A stretch of 64,000 bases of DNA from Nanobdellota archaeon. Lineage in GTDB: Archaea; Nanobdellota; Nanobdellia; Pacearchaeales; GW2011-AR1. A model generated the notes under the pieces. It did not search any database and was not told where the DNA came from. It was given only the letters and a program-made list of their open reading frames with translations. The position numbers were made by a program, and so were the translations under genes. Positions 63,035-64,000 of this stretch are shown here, piece by piece. The first letter of the stretch is position 1, and the number at the start of each line of letters is the position of its first letter. The stretch is taken from positions 11,208 through 75,207 of the forward strand of contig JBBSYE010000008.1 of assembly GCA_038045385.1 (NCBI GenBank). The letters run 5' to 3'.

Positions 63035-63577
63035 TTAGTCTTTTAGGCTGAATATCTCTTTTTTAAAAAAATCTTCAACTTCTGAGATTAACCTAATGCT
63101 AGAATTATAGACTCCATCTAACATAATAAAAGAACCTCGTGCATCTTCAATAGTCCATATTTTATTTCCTTTATTGTCTGTGGGATATCTAAACCCTTCA
63201 AGTTCTAAGAAATATCTATTTTCATTTATTAAGTCATTATCTGTTATCAAAAGACGTGGCAATTTGCTTAGTTTAAAATTTGGATAGGCTTTTTCTATTT
63301 CTCCCAATAGTTTTCTTAAATCGTGAGTTGGTAAGTTCTTTCCAATCTTTCCTAATAAAGACTTAAAAGAAAGCTCAATATAATGATGAAAAAGATGAAG
63401 CGCGGGTAAAACATCTTCATCATCATATAGACTACCGAGGAAGGCTTCTTGTCTTTCTTTTTCTATCAAATTCAAAAAAGCCTTTCTATAAGAAACAGCG
63501 AACCTTCTGAACTGCATCCAAGATTCCTCTTCTTCCCCTATTTTGTCCCAAACTTGATATTCTCTATTTGTCATCAT
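63035..63577 (-). CDS. Hypothetical protein
   Basis: 180-aa ORF that looks helical. No motif recognised. Confidence 0.4.
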   Translation of the reverse strand: MMTNREYQVWDKIGEEEESWMQFRRFAVSYRKAFLNLIEKERQEAFLGSLYDDEDVLPALHLFHHYIELSFKSLLGKIGKNLPTHDLRKLLGEIEKAYPNFKLSKLPRLLITDNDLINENRYFLELEGFRYPTDNKGNKIWTIEDARGSFIMLDGVYNSSIRLISEVEDFFKKEIFSLKD

Positions 63578-63615
63578 CCCATAGAATTTAAATAGTTAAA
63601 ATATTTTGCTTTTTT

Positions 63616-63831
63616 ATGCAAAGACATTGGTCAGATAATGCGATAGATGATATTGTAGGGGCTTTCAGAGTTTTTGCTATATCTGCAATAGTAATATATG
63701 TTGCTTTAGCAATAGCAAAGGCTTTGTATCCGTCATTCCCTTTAAGCAACACTTCTTCTGGAATAGTTGCTATAATCTTAGGTATTTTCATTGTTCTTAT
63801 AAAATATATCAAAGGTAAAAATAATTATTAA
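63616..63831 (+). CDS. Small membrane protein (tentative)
   Basis: 71 aa with two TM segments. Preferred over the overlapping minus-strand ORF 63588-63812, which has no features. Confidence 0.25.
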   Translation: MQRHWSDNAIDDIVGAFRVFAISAIVIYVALAIAKALYPSFPLSNTSSGIVAIILGIFIVLIKYIKGKNNY

Positions 63832-64000
63832 AATGAGTTCAAAACTAATAAAGCCATATAATTCCGATGGTGGTGAACATGAGAATTTATACGAAATAAG
63901 CACAGAAGAGTCGCTAGAATGCCCTTTTTGCTTTATTCAAATAGAAATACAGATATTGCGAGGAATATTTTGGCCAGCGAAAGATTTACAACTTTTCTTG

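Noticed and set aside
1-64000. CRISPR arrays, rRNA genes, integrases or transposases
   Set aside because: No regularly spaced direct repeats, no rRNA-like GC-rich blocks and no recombinase motifs were seen on either strand. The only retroelement is the DGR.

Overview
This is an AT-rich, tightly packed archaeal window. Many genes overlap by ATGA/GTGA, and many appear leaderless, with a TATA-like box about 25 nt upstream of the start. It carries archaeal or eukaryal-type ribosomal proteins (eS19, eL39, eL31, eL43, eL40, uL11), secE-spt5-rpl11, Cbf5, TrmY, aIF5A, PCNA, PriS primase, FtsZ plus SepF, prefoldin beta, RpoP and one tRNA-Pro(UGG). The content and style suggest a DPANN-type (Pace/Woesearchaeota-like) episymbiont; that placement is inference. 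No rRNA or CRISPR array was seen. Four accessory regions stand out. (1) At 30.1-44.1 kb there is a duplicated module: a pilin-like protein with a class III signal peptide plus a giant Cys-rich membrane-embedded surface protein. One copy is fused (1222 aa) and the other is split in two around three lipobox proteins. A four-gene pilin-like operon follows, and RHH and wHTH regulators flank the cluster. (2) At 23.9-26.1 kb there is a diversity-generating retroelement (target-VR, TR, RT) with strictly adenine-specific TR-to-VR differences. Its RT is frame-broken at an (AG)8 tract, and a second orphan VR-like GC island lies at 15.3 kb. (3) A small archaeosortase-like gene sits next to a candidate substrate. 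(4) There is a class II LysRS fused to an HD domain, a VKOR homolog, and a LAGLIDADG gene abutting tRNA-Pro. Many functional calls rest on motif recognition by eye and need HMM confirmation.
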